Shown in pieces: positions 25,777 to 38,890 of a stretch of 64,000 nt of DNA (the first letter of the stretch is position 1; every line of letters begins with the position of its first letter). A model generated the notes under the pieces. It had not been told where the DNA came from. It was given only the letters and a program-made list of their open reading frames with translations, and did no database searches. Origin of the DNA: Gnetum montanum (lineage: Eukaryota > Plantae > Gnetophyta). The position numbers and the translations under genes were made by a program. The stretch is taken from the NCBI GenBank assembly GCA_015680685.1, contig MNCI01002682.1, forward strand, positions 716,355 to 780,354. The letters are read 5' to 3'.

Positions 25777-25795
25777 TCCCCGGCAACGGTGCCAA
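25777..25795 (-). promoter_or_regulatory. Primer binding site (tRNA-Asp) of element D
   Basis: Minus strand TTGGCACCGTTGCCGGGGA directly after the LTR; matches the Athila PBS. Confidence 0.9.
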
Positions 25796-26213
25796 TGATG
25801 AGTGGCGAGGTACCCCTACACTCAACCATACGAAATGAGCGTAGCACATGCGATCTGGTCGAACTCCACAGACTAAATGCCTACACGCCCCATGGAACAC
25901 TTCGGGTTAATCATTTTTTGTCTTCCTAGACTTACTTGTAGTTGTCACGGTGTATGGTTAAGTAAGTCCGAGGCATATGATTTTTATAGCTTTTCTATTT
26001 TTTCTCCTATGCTATCAAGGTGAAGGGTTGAGAAACTAACTAGCTCTAACTAATGAACTAAGTCTAAGTTAACTAGCGTCAGCATCTGTTTCCACTTACC
26101 GTACACACCCTGAACTATGCAACTGCGGCTACCAAACGCTCATCATTACTGGGATCACCACACGTAATGCACGTGCTCGAAGTGGTCGTACTGAGGCACT
26201 TAACTAGCCTAAA

Positions 26214-26392
26214 CGTAATGAGCAGCCGATTCCTTGACTAGCCGTACACATCCGTAAATGCTCGTAATCAAGTCGTACTCATTCCGCATTCTAGGAGTTG
26301 AGGGTGAGATAGACTAATCGTGATGAGCAGCCGATTCCTTAATTAGCTGTACACATTCATCAATGCTCGTAATCAAGTCATACTCATGCCGC
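26214..26392. repeat. Internal duplication in the D LTR, about 105-bp period
   Basis: cgt(a/g)atgagcagccgattcctt...aatgctcgtaatcaagtc.tactcat present twice; falls within the segment that is an N gap in the partner LTR. Confidence 0.85.
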
Positions 26393-29119
26393 GCTAATGC
26401 AGGTAATAAATAACATGTAAGAAATAATAGGTAATAAAATCCTTTTCCATGCACTGCAAGGTTTATCCACAAAGCTCGTCTTTATTGTCGTACACAACTT
26501 GCGTTCAGGTACAAAGCTGCTTGAATAAAGATCCATTCACTTGGGGACTCCTACTGCGGGCACATGGAAAATATTCTATCTCTGGAGTGATCAATCTGCT
26601 AGAGTTTCCCTACTTCTAGCCGAGGATTGGAAATAAGGGGAGTGCCGCCTCTTATTTATAGATATGGTGGCAGACCGCGATATCGCATACGCGACATCGT
26701 AGGGGACGACACGATATCGCGGCTCATGCGAATTGCGTCTCATCATTAATTAACATGCATGGAAATGTAAATATTAACTATGTACATGAAAAGTAAATTG
26801 CATGGAAAGTAAATCTAATCTAAGTCAAAGTGCTACAATAAATAGGAATCAATCTTGATCTTATTAACATTCATGGAATGTGTCCATGTACATTGCCACT
26901 CGAATAAGATGTCGTACAATTGACTCAAATCCATACTACAAGTACTCACTAATTGTTCTCTAAGACTATGGAATACAACTGCAAGGGTTTGGCTACTCTA
27001 TTGACCAAAGGTGTCAAAAACATGGTGGGTGGCCACATATTTATAGGCAAAAACAAACATTATGTTGATGCATATGCATCAACGCATGCGTTGATAGGAA
27101 CACAACGATTGGGCTACGTCAACATATACCCATTGATGCAGCTAACTAATGCTTCATCATACCCCTATGGTTGAGAAAAAACTTATCCTTGAGTTAACAG
27201 GATAGGACTAAGCTTTCTTTACAAAAAATTGGGAATGTATAGAATTATTAACTAATGCTAACTACTGACTAACTTTGAGTGCTACATTAGAAAATTATAT
27301 TTGAGTGGATGTATTACAAAATGACTAGATGGACATTAAAGTTTACAAAATTTGCAGAGGTCTTCAAAAATATGTTGAAGGTAAATCTTCTTGTTGTTGC
27401 TAGCGGTGGCAGACTTCCAACCTTGATTGTTATGTTGATGCTTCTTTTTTTATGTAGAGCATTCTTGAAGGATGAATTGAAATTTCTTCTCATCGTCCTA
27501 TGGATGTAGCAAATCAATGATGTTTGAGATTTAATCTTTGTATATGCTACTATTTGTCCATGGGCATATCCTTTGTTGTCCCTCTCTTGGCTTTGTTTCC
27601 ATGCCTGGCAAAAGACCTTCTTCCTTAGGTGTTTCTTTTAGCATGACCTGCAATCACCAAAGGATCAACATTAGTTTTGGTAAATATTCCTTAATAATTA
27701 ACCCTTTTTGGATCCCTTGGTTAACTTAAAATGTTAGAATTTAAGCACAAGATGATGACGAAGTACTATTTCCAAGGCTATGAGGTAACTAAAATCATCA
27801 AGCTATTCACATTATTTTAATGAAGTACTATTAGTTACCATAATGTTTGAAAATAGGATGTTTGAAAAATATCAAAAATTTCAAAGTGGACATCCCTAGC
27901 CGCCATTACTAATAAGCATAACTCCAAAAGTGCACAAATTTCTGAACAATTAAAACCAAAGTTATAATTCAAAAGAGGGCCAAGAAAATTTTGAAGTTGA
28001 AGGATGTTGAGATAGAAAAGTAGGAAAAATTAATTAAAATTGATGAGAAGTAGTCCCAAAATCATGCATAAATTCAAAGAAGCTATCAATGATGTTATGG
28101 AAGATGTGAAGATTAGTTCAAGGCCATGATTAACAAAATCTATGTAAGTGGATCCTCCCTAAAGTAGGTTCCTACCATAATGTCCTTGCTTGACCACTTT
28201 TATAGATGTTCATGAAACCCTAGAAGTTAAATGTAGACCATTCCTTTGTTCCAAACAACACACAACTACCATGGTTGGTCAATCTAGTGAGATTGCAGTT
28301 AGTAAAAGATCTTATTGAGGGTGGTAGTTGGGAGATAGGACCTAGGGTAACTATAGGGTTGATACTCACCATAACTTAACCCAATAGATGAAAATTGATA
28401 TTACATGAGGATTCTGCCCAACATTTGAACATTGTCATATGTGAGGGTTAGCCTAGATAGGTGAGGTATCACATCAGATAGTTCTTGATGACTAGTGAAG
28501 TTAGTATCAACCTTATAGTTATTCCAAACATCTAATGTTAGAAACCTCACAGGAACCCAGGGTAAATCATGAACTAATATAGGTATTAATGGCAATGTTA
28601 ATTATATTAATTAATGAATATGTTAATTGGTAATTACTACTAGTTCTATCAATGTGCTTTGTAATAGGGGCCCCATCTTCCAATCATGTTCCTTGGATCT
28701 ACAATGTGGATTTCCTCTACAATGAAGGTGTACTAATCCTTCCTGTGTGTGTTCCATGCAAATTTAGCAAGAAGTTGTAGAGGTGGTTAAGTTAGAGTAG
28801 GAAAAAGAATCAACATTGAATGAGAGTTTATTCATTTTTGTATTTCATGTTATAATTTAGCCACTTAATGGAATTGTATCCTGACCTTAAATGTGGATTT
28901 TCCATTGGACTATGATTCATGAATGTAATAAGGTCTAATTGGGCATGCACATTTTATTATGGTTTTTAAGTTATTAAGCTTCTAAATACTTAAATGCTTA
29001 TATGATTTTTAAAAGTGCTTAAACTATTAAGAATTTTTTAAGAGCACAAGTTATTCATCATGCTTCTTTAAGTGATTTTATAAATTTTCTATGAATAAAA
29101 TTTAGGATGTGACATAGCA

Positions 29120-30676
29120 TCTCTATAGATTTTTCTAAGATAACAATGATAGGTAATTGACCAATTTCACATTCAATGGTAGAAGTTCAGTGTTTTCTAA
29201 GATCGATAGGTTATTATCATAAATTTATGAAGAATTTTTCCATGAAAGCATCTTCTTTAATTCATTTGTTGAGGAAGAAGACCAAGTTTACATGGAGTTT
29301 TGCATGTTAGATTGCATTTGATGAGCTTAAGCACATATTGATAACAACTCCAATGCTAATATCATTGATGTTTGGTCATTCATATGAAATATGTATAAAT
29401 ACATTTGGTGATATTTTCATCTATGTTTTGATGTAGGAGGAGAAGTTAGTAGCCTTTACTTCTCATCAACCGGAGCCACATGAGCTACAATGTCTAGTAT
29501 ATGATTTGGAGTTGGGTGAAATGGTATCTATAATGAAGATTTGGAAACATTAGCTATATGGGGAGTAGGTGATTGTGAATTGATCACAAGAGCCTCTAGT
29601 ATCTTATGAGTCAACCAGAGTTGAATCTAGATCAGTGTGAGTGGGTTAAGTTATTAGTAGATTTTGATTTCACCATCAAATATAGGCTTGGGAAGAATAA
29701 TCAAGTGGTAGGTGCACTGAGTGGAATGTTAAGCAAGCTTAATAGCTTATTCGTTCAGTTAGATGTACATGATAAAAGTTAGGAGTAGTAGCAAGATGAT
29801 TCATGGTACCTAGTGTAGAGATAGGAGGTTACCATTGATGGACCTTTCTATATAGATAGCCAGAGTGTGTTATGACATAGTGGCTAATTTTATGTTCTAG
29901 AAGCTCTATGATCACAATTATTAGATGAGGTATATTTAAGCCATTATAAGTTACATCTATATAGTGAGAAGATATATCAAATTTTGAAATGGATGTATTA
30001 GTGTTTGAGCATGAAGAGAGATGTGGAGCATTAGATACCTAATGGATACTTGTATTCCCATGAGATTCCCATGTGATTAACATAAATTTTATTATTGGGT
30101 TTCCAAGGATTTATAGTGGTTGAGATGCTATTCTTGTTACTGTAGATTTGTTAATGAAGTTTATCCATTTTCTACATACAAGAGCATCAGTGAGTATAGA
30201 GAAGACTATATATCTATTTATTACTAAGATAGCATGGTTGCATGATGTGTCCATAAAGATTATTAGTAATCAGTATGCTCAATTCACATTGAGGTTTTGA
30301 TAAGCATGTCAGTCTATGATGGGGATGAGGTTGAATATGAGTTCAACATGCCACCCATAGATGGATGACTAGATTGAATGGATAAACCAAATGCTTGAGA
30401 ATATTTTGAGAGCTTATGCATTCAATACTAAGATAGTTATGACCAAATACTTTGATTGATTGAGTTTGCTTTTTATAGCAGTTATTTAGAGCATTTGTAG
30501 GTAGTGTCATTTAAAGTGTTATATGATAGGTCATTTCGAATGATGTTGTGCTAAGATGTCATTAAGTATTACCAATGAGTAAGTAGAGTTGTTGTCGTAC
30601 AAATCATAAAGTAGATTCATGAAATTCAACATTGATTGAAAGCTACATAGCATAGAGAAGTGATTTATATCAATTG
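29120..30676 (+). pseudogene. Element A RT end, RNase H and integrase core
   Basis: Frame resumes after the TSD as ISIDFSKI...FL..IGYYHKF; remnants DLEL...KIWKH*LYG and HP*MD..IE..NQMLE.ILRAY. Confidence 0.85.
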
Positions 30677-31799
30677 GTAACTAATGAGTGGCTAGGTACC
30701 CCTACGCCCAACCATATGAATCACGGGCGTTCACACGCAACTCAGTCGAATTCCGTAGACTGTAAGCACTTAACATACACCAAATCCTAACTAGCGAAAC
30801 CTTGGGTTAGAACGGTTGTTGCCTTCCTAATCTCACTTGTGATGTTCTGTTTGCGATGGTTAAGTGAGATTAAGGCTAATGATTTTGGTAGCTTTTTACT
30901 TATCTTTTGGCGTCTAATTAAAGTATGGAAAGTAAAGAATGAACTATTTTCTGATCTATAATTATCCTAGTTTGTATTCTAACTATTCCTAGCATAAGTA
31001 TCCGATCCCATCTTCCAAGCACGTTCTGAGCATCCCCTAAGTACTTCTGGGCTACCAGACGGTAAGTGTCACTGGGTTTACCAAGTGTTGGGTTTACGTT
31101 CGAGATGGTCATACTTATGGCCTTTACGAACTATAAAGGAGTGATAGTGATTAAAGTAACGATAATAGAAACTTAAGTAATTAACAAGTAATTAATAAAG
31201 CATAAACATATTAAACTACTGAATGCATAAAATGGCTAAGTCCAAATGCTGTAAGGAATGCTTGAAGAGTTCGTCTTTATTACCGTCATGCTAATGGGCT
31301 CAGATACATCAACGCTCGAATAAAGAGCCGATCACTTTTCTTACACATGCTACGGGCACTTGGAAAATATTCTATCTCCTGTGGGAACAAACTACAAGAG
31401 CTTTGCTACAACTAACTGAAAAGTACCTAAATGAGGCGGAAGGCCCTCTTATTTATAGGCTGAAATAGGCTTTGCGTAAACAAGGCCACGTCGATGCATA
31501 GAAGGCTACGTCGATGGGGCCACGTCGATGTGGCCCTGTATACGTGGCCTAGTCGATGCATCGACTTAATGACACTTCATCATACCCCCACGACTAAAAA
31601 CTCGTCCTCGAGTTACTCTACAATTTAGAAGGTATGAACTTTTATTAACAACGCACATGACTTGACACACACATGACACACACATGACATAACATTAATT
31701 TGACCAAGTGCCTGAGTTACAGAGAAGGATAAATTACAAAAAATGGCGGTGTTTAGAGGAAAAATTAAACACCTCACTAGTCCTGGAGCCTCTATTGTG

Positions 31800-33946
31800 T
31801 AGGATGATGCACAAAATTGTTGGAGAAGATCACACCGTCCCTGGGGGCGATGGTTCCGATGGACCTTCTCCAACCTCTGGCCCATGCGTTGGTGGTGGCA
31901 TGGATGACGGTTGCCCTGCAGTAGCTGCAACTTTTGGAGGCAACTTTTGGAGGTTGCTTCTGGGGTCATTCATAGTCCAAGTAGCTTCTCCAATGTGTGT
32001 TGGAATTGGAACTTCCCAAGGGCATGGCAGCGCCAGGAAGAGTTCTTTGAGGTTGACAAACTAGGCTGCGAACTGCTTGCATTTGATGTCAAACACTCAG
32101 ATTGATGCCTGCAGTCGCTGGTAGTTATTCATCCTATGGTCCAGGTTCTCCATGACTGTACGTTGTTCTTCAAAGCTTGTGCGGAGAACCTTGAATTTCG
32201 TGTTTGCCATTTCTAGCTTCTGCTTCATTACTATGTGCACCTGGAACTCTTCCTTGTATAGGGAATACGAGGCGGCCACTTATTTTTCCAGCTCTAACTA
32301 CGGTCTTTTGGTTGTGAGCATAACTAGGTTTGCATAGCGAAGGTTGGCAAGCTTCATATATTCTGTCATCTCCTCAATCTACAGCTCCTTAAGGTAGATT
32401 TTAGCTTGATTGTAGTCATTTAACCCATCAAAGATAGGTTGCCATACCTCGCCTCCCTGTCGGAGCTGCTGGAGTGCTTGGTTCATCTTAGCCTTGGCAA
32501 CTTGAATATGCTTTTCATTCACCTCCTTCTGCAATCCCACTTGGTCCCTTTAATGATTTTTGATGTTTTCGAATTTCAGGGCCTCATTCTTCCAAGCAGC
32601 GATTTCAATTGCAGATTTTTGTTACAATGCTCGAACCTCCTCCATTGACAGATTTCGATTTTTAGCAGTTAGCCTTCTTACGTTAGTGTTCACTCTAGGC
32701 AGTTCTTCCTACTGTTGGTGGATAAAATTTTTCATATGTTCATTTTCTGCACCAACATTGCACAAGTGATGAACCTCCGCGGTTAGTCGCACGTTCTCCT
32801 GGCGAACCTCCGCCAAGTCCTTATCTAAGTGATATGCTCAGACGTCTACCAAGGACTTGTCAAAGATTGTCATCTCTCGTACATCCTCGACGACCTAAAG
32901 TTTGAGTTGAAGCTATTGAAAAGCTTCATCTTTGGTGATTATGCGGTCGAGGATGGCTGGATTGGCAAGCTGGGCTCTTAATTGGGCTACTTTCGTTGCC
33001 AAGCATTGACAAGCGACTTGAGTAGCATCAAGTTGTCCTTCCAAAATGAGGCTCTTGCCTCTTGTTGAGAGTAGCTTTGATTGGGTTACAGTAATGTTGT
33101 CCGGAAGGTCGAAGACATCTGGAAGTGGTTGCCCGGTTTCCACCAGTTGGTCCAACAACTCCTCGTGTTGGGTTGCAGTAATCTTGCTACGCGAAGTTCT
33201 GGCAGATGACTGTACATCTAGTAGTCCATGAATGTCCAGTACAGGTGCTGCTGGTGCATTAAGGGCCGTAGCAATTGTGTCAGCAACCACTTCAGCCGTA
33301 GTCTCTTGTCCTTGGTGCTGCATCACCAAAACTGTTGCCCCTTGACCATCCTCCAAGCGTATCGAAAAGGTAGCAGCATTCCCAGAGATTTTGGAAAATA
33401 GCTGTCGGGTTGATATTGTTACCTCTTGAACACTAGGATCTATCCTTGCTGGCACTTATGTCCAGGCTGTGGAGAACATTGGCCCTACCCTTTCAAGCAA
33501 GCTAACTGATCGAGCCACTTCCTCTAGGTGGCTCATGGCAGGGCGATAGAATGAAAGATCTTCTCCTCCACCAGTCCTGCCAGATTTCTCTTGCTGGCTC
33601 AAGAGCATTTCCTAGATTTCCCTGATGTGTTCTGCTATGGTTTGCGAACTCGGCTGTGTTGTTGTCGCAAGTGGTGGAGGTGGTTGTTGCTCCTCCTCTG
33701 TCTGTGTGGTGGCAATACTTTTATCCTTCATCATTTCCTGCCAAGAGGCAATCAAGGTGTGCTGGATTACATCATTGGTATACCATGCTATCCTTGCCCG
33801 TTTGCACAAATTTTGAATTAGGCAGGGAAAGGGGAAAGCTCTTCTTCCACATTCGTTCTTAGCGAACCTCTTTTCAATCTCCAAGAATAGTAGCTGTGGA
33901 AGACTCATTGGAAATTTCCCACTCAAGGCGACACACGCACGAGCGG
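31800..33946 (-). pseudogene. Element E env-like extra ORF (3' part, coiled-coil rich)
   Basis: FPFPCLI motif followed by long heptad-rich segments; sense to the element, between pol and the PPT; homologous to the ORF in G. Confidence 0.75.
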
Positions 33947-36900
33947 AGCGGGTGAACCATTGTGTGTCCTTGAAAATTGTGGGCTAATAATACCCTACAA
34001 GTAGGATCTTAATGGCTGTGCGGCGTCTAGCATAGTGGCCCCCACAAGGGCCCTCGTGAGCATCTTGGAGGACGTGCAATGTATCACCATCAGGGACACA
34101 CCATCGAACCAAGCCATCTGCGCACACCTTGTAAAGGTGGCCATTGATTTCCATGAAATGGTTGGCCTTATGGAGAAACTGTTGTTTCTACCGATGGTTT
34201 CACTCCTTTGGCAACTCTTGAGTGGTGAGGTAGGTGAGGATGCAGTTGAACTAAGGGAATTCCTTGGGCACCTGTGGATCGACTGCACCAATGAAGAGGA
34301 GTTCATCTGGAAATTGGTCAAAGAGGGGCTCCTCCTCTTATGTGTCATCCCATTGTAACTGAGACAAGTCGTCAACGACCACATTCTCAGTCCCCTTCCG
34401 GTCTACCATGGTGAGATCAAACTCCTGAAGAATCACCAGCTACCAAATGATGTGGGGGCTCACCGTTGTATTGTTCATCAGGAACTGAATAACACTATGG
34501 TCAATATGCACGAACACCTTGTATCCGAGCACATAGTGCCGGAATTTTTCCAAGGTAAACACCACCACCATCAATTCCTTCTCGGTGGTGGTGTAGTTTA
34601 GCTAAGCACCCACAATGCTACAGCTTGCATAGTGGAGATAATATGGATGTTTTTGGTAATCACACTGTGTGAGCACGACTCCCAAGGCGTAGTTAGATGC
34701 ATCTATCATGATGTGAAAGGGCCTGGACCAATTAGGTACACATAGAACTGGAGTTTCTATGAGTTTCTATTTCAGTGCTTGGAATGTAGACTCGCACTCC
34801 TTGGTCCAGATGAACGGAGCGTCCTTCTTTGTAAGTTCTACCAACAGCTTGACGATCTTCGAGAAGTTTTCAATGAAGCGCCGGTAGTAACCAGTGTGTC
34901 CAAGGAATGACCAAACATCTTTGATGGTACTTGGTTAGCAGGTGATTCCTTGGATGACCTTGATCTTTTCAGGGTCCACACTAATCCCTGTTTGTGATAT
35001 GCGATGCCCTAGCACAATGCCTTCTTGGACCATTAAATGGCTTTTTTGCCAATTGAGCCGTAGATTAGTGTCTACACACCTTTTTAGAACTTGCTCAAGA
35101 TAGTCCAAGGCTTACTCGAATGTGGCCCCATAGGTAGAGAAGTCATCCATGAAGACTTCTACCCCATTGCCGATTTGTTGCTAGAAGATGCTTAGGACAA
35201 GGCATTGGGATGTAGTAGGTGCATTACACAGCCCAAAGGGCATCTTCTTGTATGCGAAAGTCCCCCATGAACTCATGAAAGTTGTTTTGGCTTGGTCTTC
35301 TGGTGCTATTTGGATTTGGTTATAACCACTATAACCATTGAAAAAGTTGTAATAGTGGTGCCCTGTGATGGTGTCCAACACCTGGTCCACAAATGGGAGT
35401 GGAAAGTGATCCTTGAAGGTAGCCATGTTGAGTAACCGGAAATCAATACAGACCCTCCATTTACCACCTTTCTTTGGCACGATAATGAGTGGGCTGACCC
35501 ATTCTCTATTGGCAATAGAATAGATGAACCCTGCCTTTAGCAATTGCTCAACTTCATCTTTGACGACCTGCTTCAATTTGGGGTTCAATCATCTTTGTGG
35601 TTGTCGTCGTGGCTTCATGGAGGAGTCGATATAGATCCGATGTTAGCAGACCCTAGGATCAACTCCGGTTAACTCAGGATATGACCATGTGAATGTAGCA
35701 TCCCATTTGTTTACCACCTTTAGCAACTTCTTCTTCTATTTTGGAGCAAGGGTGGCATTGATAATTATCAACTTTCCATTTTGCAAGAAAGCATATTCCA
35801 AGTGAGCTGATAAAGACTTTAGCTCTAAGGGCTCTTGTTTGAAGCTCTAAGGGATTTGTAGCTTCCCCCAATCATCATGGTCATCAATAGTGAAGACCTG
35901 TTTATGAACCTCTTTCATTTCGTCCATGCTTTCAATGTAGGCTTGTATAAGCCCCTCAGATGGTTCCATGCACAATGCGTTGCTAGTAGGATCAGCTGTC
36001 AGCCATTGGGTGCCCTCTTGGTTAGTGGCTGTTGTGTACAGGCATTGTTGAACAGGTGATTCCTAGGTACACCGGCTGCATGCTTGAATGGATATCTGTT
36101 TAGCGAATCATAACTACGGCACATAGTTGTGCCTTGAGTCACTGTATGCAATGCATGGAACACGCTTCTTCTCGATCTTCTTGAAAGGATTTTCCTTTGA
36201 AATTTTAAGGGATAGATCATGAAGTCCTAGTCATGCATCCACCATGCTTAGATAGGCTCTTCCCATGATGATTGGGAAGTTCCCCTTGCAGTTCTCCACA
36301 CGGACGACTAGGAAATCAGTAGGATAGGACCACCCACAAATGATGGTCACAATGTCCTCTACTAATTCTAAGGGAACAGTGATGGACTGGTCTACTAACT
36401 CGAGCCGAATGTTGCTCTTCTTTAGCCGGGGTAAGTTCTAGTTCTTGTACATGTAATGAGAGATCAAATTTATCCCTGACTCCGAGTCTAGAAGAGCTTT
36501 GCATGGCTCATTCCCTACCACCTGAAGATAGATGAGGGGGCTTCCAGAATCAGTCAATTTCTGGGGAAGGTGACCTACCTTGATCCAATCGGTCACAGAA
36601 TGCATGAGCATGACTGTCTGGACATTGGAGTGTGGTTGGCTTAAAGGCTGCTCAGGCAATGGAATAGTGGAGGTGCTTGAAGGTTTAGAGGCACTGGCCA
36701 CAGGTGTATGTGAGAGTATGTTCAGATTATTGGGTCGGAAGAAAGGACGTTTTCATGGTTTGGGTTCTGGTCCACTTGGCTAAGGTGCCGGTTGTAAGTT
36801 AACAACCCTCGTAGCATTTCGTTGCTGCGGCTATGGCGATATCTCTCCTTGCATCGGAGGGGTAAGTGGAAGCTGAGTGGGATGTTGTGGAGGAGTGGCA

Positions 36901-38890
36901 GAAGAAGGTGATGGAGATTGATGTCAGAAATATTCTGGGGGTTGGTAATGACTTTGAAAGGCCGCATGACTGGAAGAGTCCTATGGAGAGACCGGTTGCT
37001 GAACGTAGTACCCATAGGGATCTAGCTATTTGTAAGGGTACTACTACCTTGGAGGTGGCATCCCCCATGCTTGTGGGTGCTGCCACTATTGGAAGTATTC
37101 TTACGGTTGCTGTGGCGCTCCACTTGGATAGTATCCTTACTGCTGGTGGAACTGCCTTGGGTTGCCTTATGGGTAAGGTAGCCTTCGGGGTGTGTGCCTC
37201 TTCGCTAAGTGAGGATTTAGTGCATACACCCCAGACTCTTGAAGATGTGACACCACAGGACAACATCCCTTAGGATGTTCATATTGGCATATGCCACATT
37301 CATCATCCTCCTTGATGTCAGAGTCTGCAACCTGCTCAGCTACAACAACTTTGCCCTTACCCTTATATTGGGCATGTTCAGCTTCCTTCTTCCTGCGTCA
37401 ATCATGGTCATTACCTTATTCTCTGGACACTTCTGCAATCTTTAGCATACTTTGGAATTTTTTGTCCAAAGAGTCCCACATCTTATCAACCTTTGCCAAA
37501 CTTTCAGATGCAAACATTTGTAATGGCAAGGTCTTTCGGTTCACCACTGCTTCTAGTGGTGATTCCTCCTCCTCATCAAAAAATTGGACTTTCCTTTTTC
37601 TAAGGGAAGGATCCCGGTTGAATTCTTCTGCACTCTCCTTTTTTCTCAGTTCTCCTTCCTCCTTGGTCACTTATTCAATGAGGTGCTACAATTGATGGGC
37701 CCTTAGCTCCGATAGTCATCCCTTGACGTACACGTCAAGGGTCTTTCACGTTTCAAAATGGAGCCCATCAATGATGTGGTAAAGCTGGTCCTGCTGAGAG
37801 TAACCATAACTAGGGCACTAATGTAGTAGTGAATAGTATCTTCTCATGGTTGCATCCAAGGGTTCATGATTGCCTTGTTTCCACCATTGGATCTGATGTC
37901 TCAGGTTTGCCACTCTAGAGTACATTATCTTTTGATTGATTCCAGCTCCAAGGACTGGTACCAATTTTCGGCTTCCTTGATTAGTGTGCGAGGAAACAAC
38001 TTCAGCCTCTGCCAATCATTGTCAATGTTCTGTAGGGTGTAGGCATCATGGAATGGCTGCAGGTGAGTCTGTGGATCACAATTGTATCCCCCTTCAAATC
38101 TAAGGATGTTGTTCATATCTAGATCTAGCTATCCTTCACGTGCCTATTGGGAATCTGAATCACCTACACGATCTAGAGCATGCTTTGAGTAGCCAACAAT
38201 GGCTCATCTGCATCATAGTCCTGCTGAGGACCATGATGTCTATGACGATTCTGGTGGCCCCTCTTTTCATGACAATGAGGCTTACACGATTAGTCGCGCG
38301 TTTCCTCATGCTGTTCCTTTCGAACCTTCTTACCATCGTCCTTTCACTTCTTTTTACCCCGGTTACGATCCAAGCCTAAGCTGGATGAAGGTGTAGGAGA
38401 GCAAGAGGATGGAGAAGAAGGATAGGTATTGCCACTATTCCGATGTCGATCTTCCCCTCTACCCTAATGACAACCTCGATCAGCCTGCCCATCCTTGCTA
38501 TGTGACCCTCCATCCCCTTGAGGATCTTGGTCACTTAGAGGCTTGTTCTGAATGATGGACTGCAGGATCTATTGCCCGAGGAGAAGTTCAGTCGAATGGG
38601 TATCATGAAAAATGGGATCCCTATCGTCCTGCAGCCCTTGCGAGAATAAGGGTTTATTGAATTATTTCCCCTTCTGATGTTCATATTTGTTTGCTTGCTA
38701 CTGATCTCGTGCTCATTGAGCCTTAGTGGGATGATAGTCCCGGTAGTCATGGTCCTCCATGACATACTCCACTCCACGGTCCTGGATGCCTAGTCTTCCA
38801 AGATTGTGGAATAGCATCGCAGGAGCTGATTGGTTGGGTGGTAGCACGATGTTGCCCTCCATGTCCCGCCATCATAGATGCTAATCCTGA
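33947..38890 (-). pseudogene. Element E gag-pol
   Basis: LKLFPRTL, ALLDSESGINL, WVSPLIIVPKKGGKWRVCIDFR, KDHFPLPF, YKKMPFGLCNAP, EVFMDDFS, RNase H DAS.YA.G, integrase HEGPCGGH..GYY*PTIFKD. Confidence 0.93.

Larger units (their letters stand above)
19681..26745 (-). mobile_element. Element D: non-autonomous Athila (gag-PR, no RT/RH/INT)
   Basis: LTRs 19681-20389 (contains an N gap) and 25796-26745; TSD TTGAT/TTAAT; PPT next to the left LTR; tRNA-Asp PBS next to the right LTR. Confidence 0.92.
19219..28268 (-). mobile_element. Element C: truncated Athila (3' LTR split by D, plus about 1.1 kb of 3' internal region)
   Basis: LTR 19219-19680 plus 26751-27159 (TGATGAG...TTCATCA) with adjacent PPT; collinear with element F until caacacacaact at about 28268; no 5' LTR seen. 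Confidence 0.8.
18893..29114. mobile_element. Element B: Tekay-like solo LTR inserted in A's RT, carrying C and D
   Basis: Ends TGTAACACC ... GGATGTGACA; perfect 5-bp TSD TAGCA (18888-18892 and 29115-29119); A's RT reads across the empty site. Confidence 0.85.

Noticed and set aside
25796-25840. TGATGAG...CGAAA resembling a hammerhead ribozyme core (retrozyme)
   Set aside because: TGATGAG is simply the LTR terminus. The required C of CUGAUGA and the flanking helices are absent, and GAAA is not conserved in the other LTR families.
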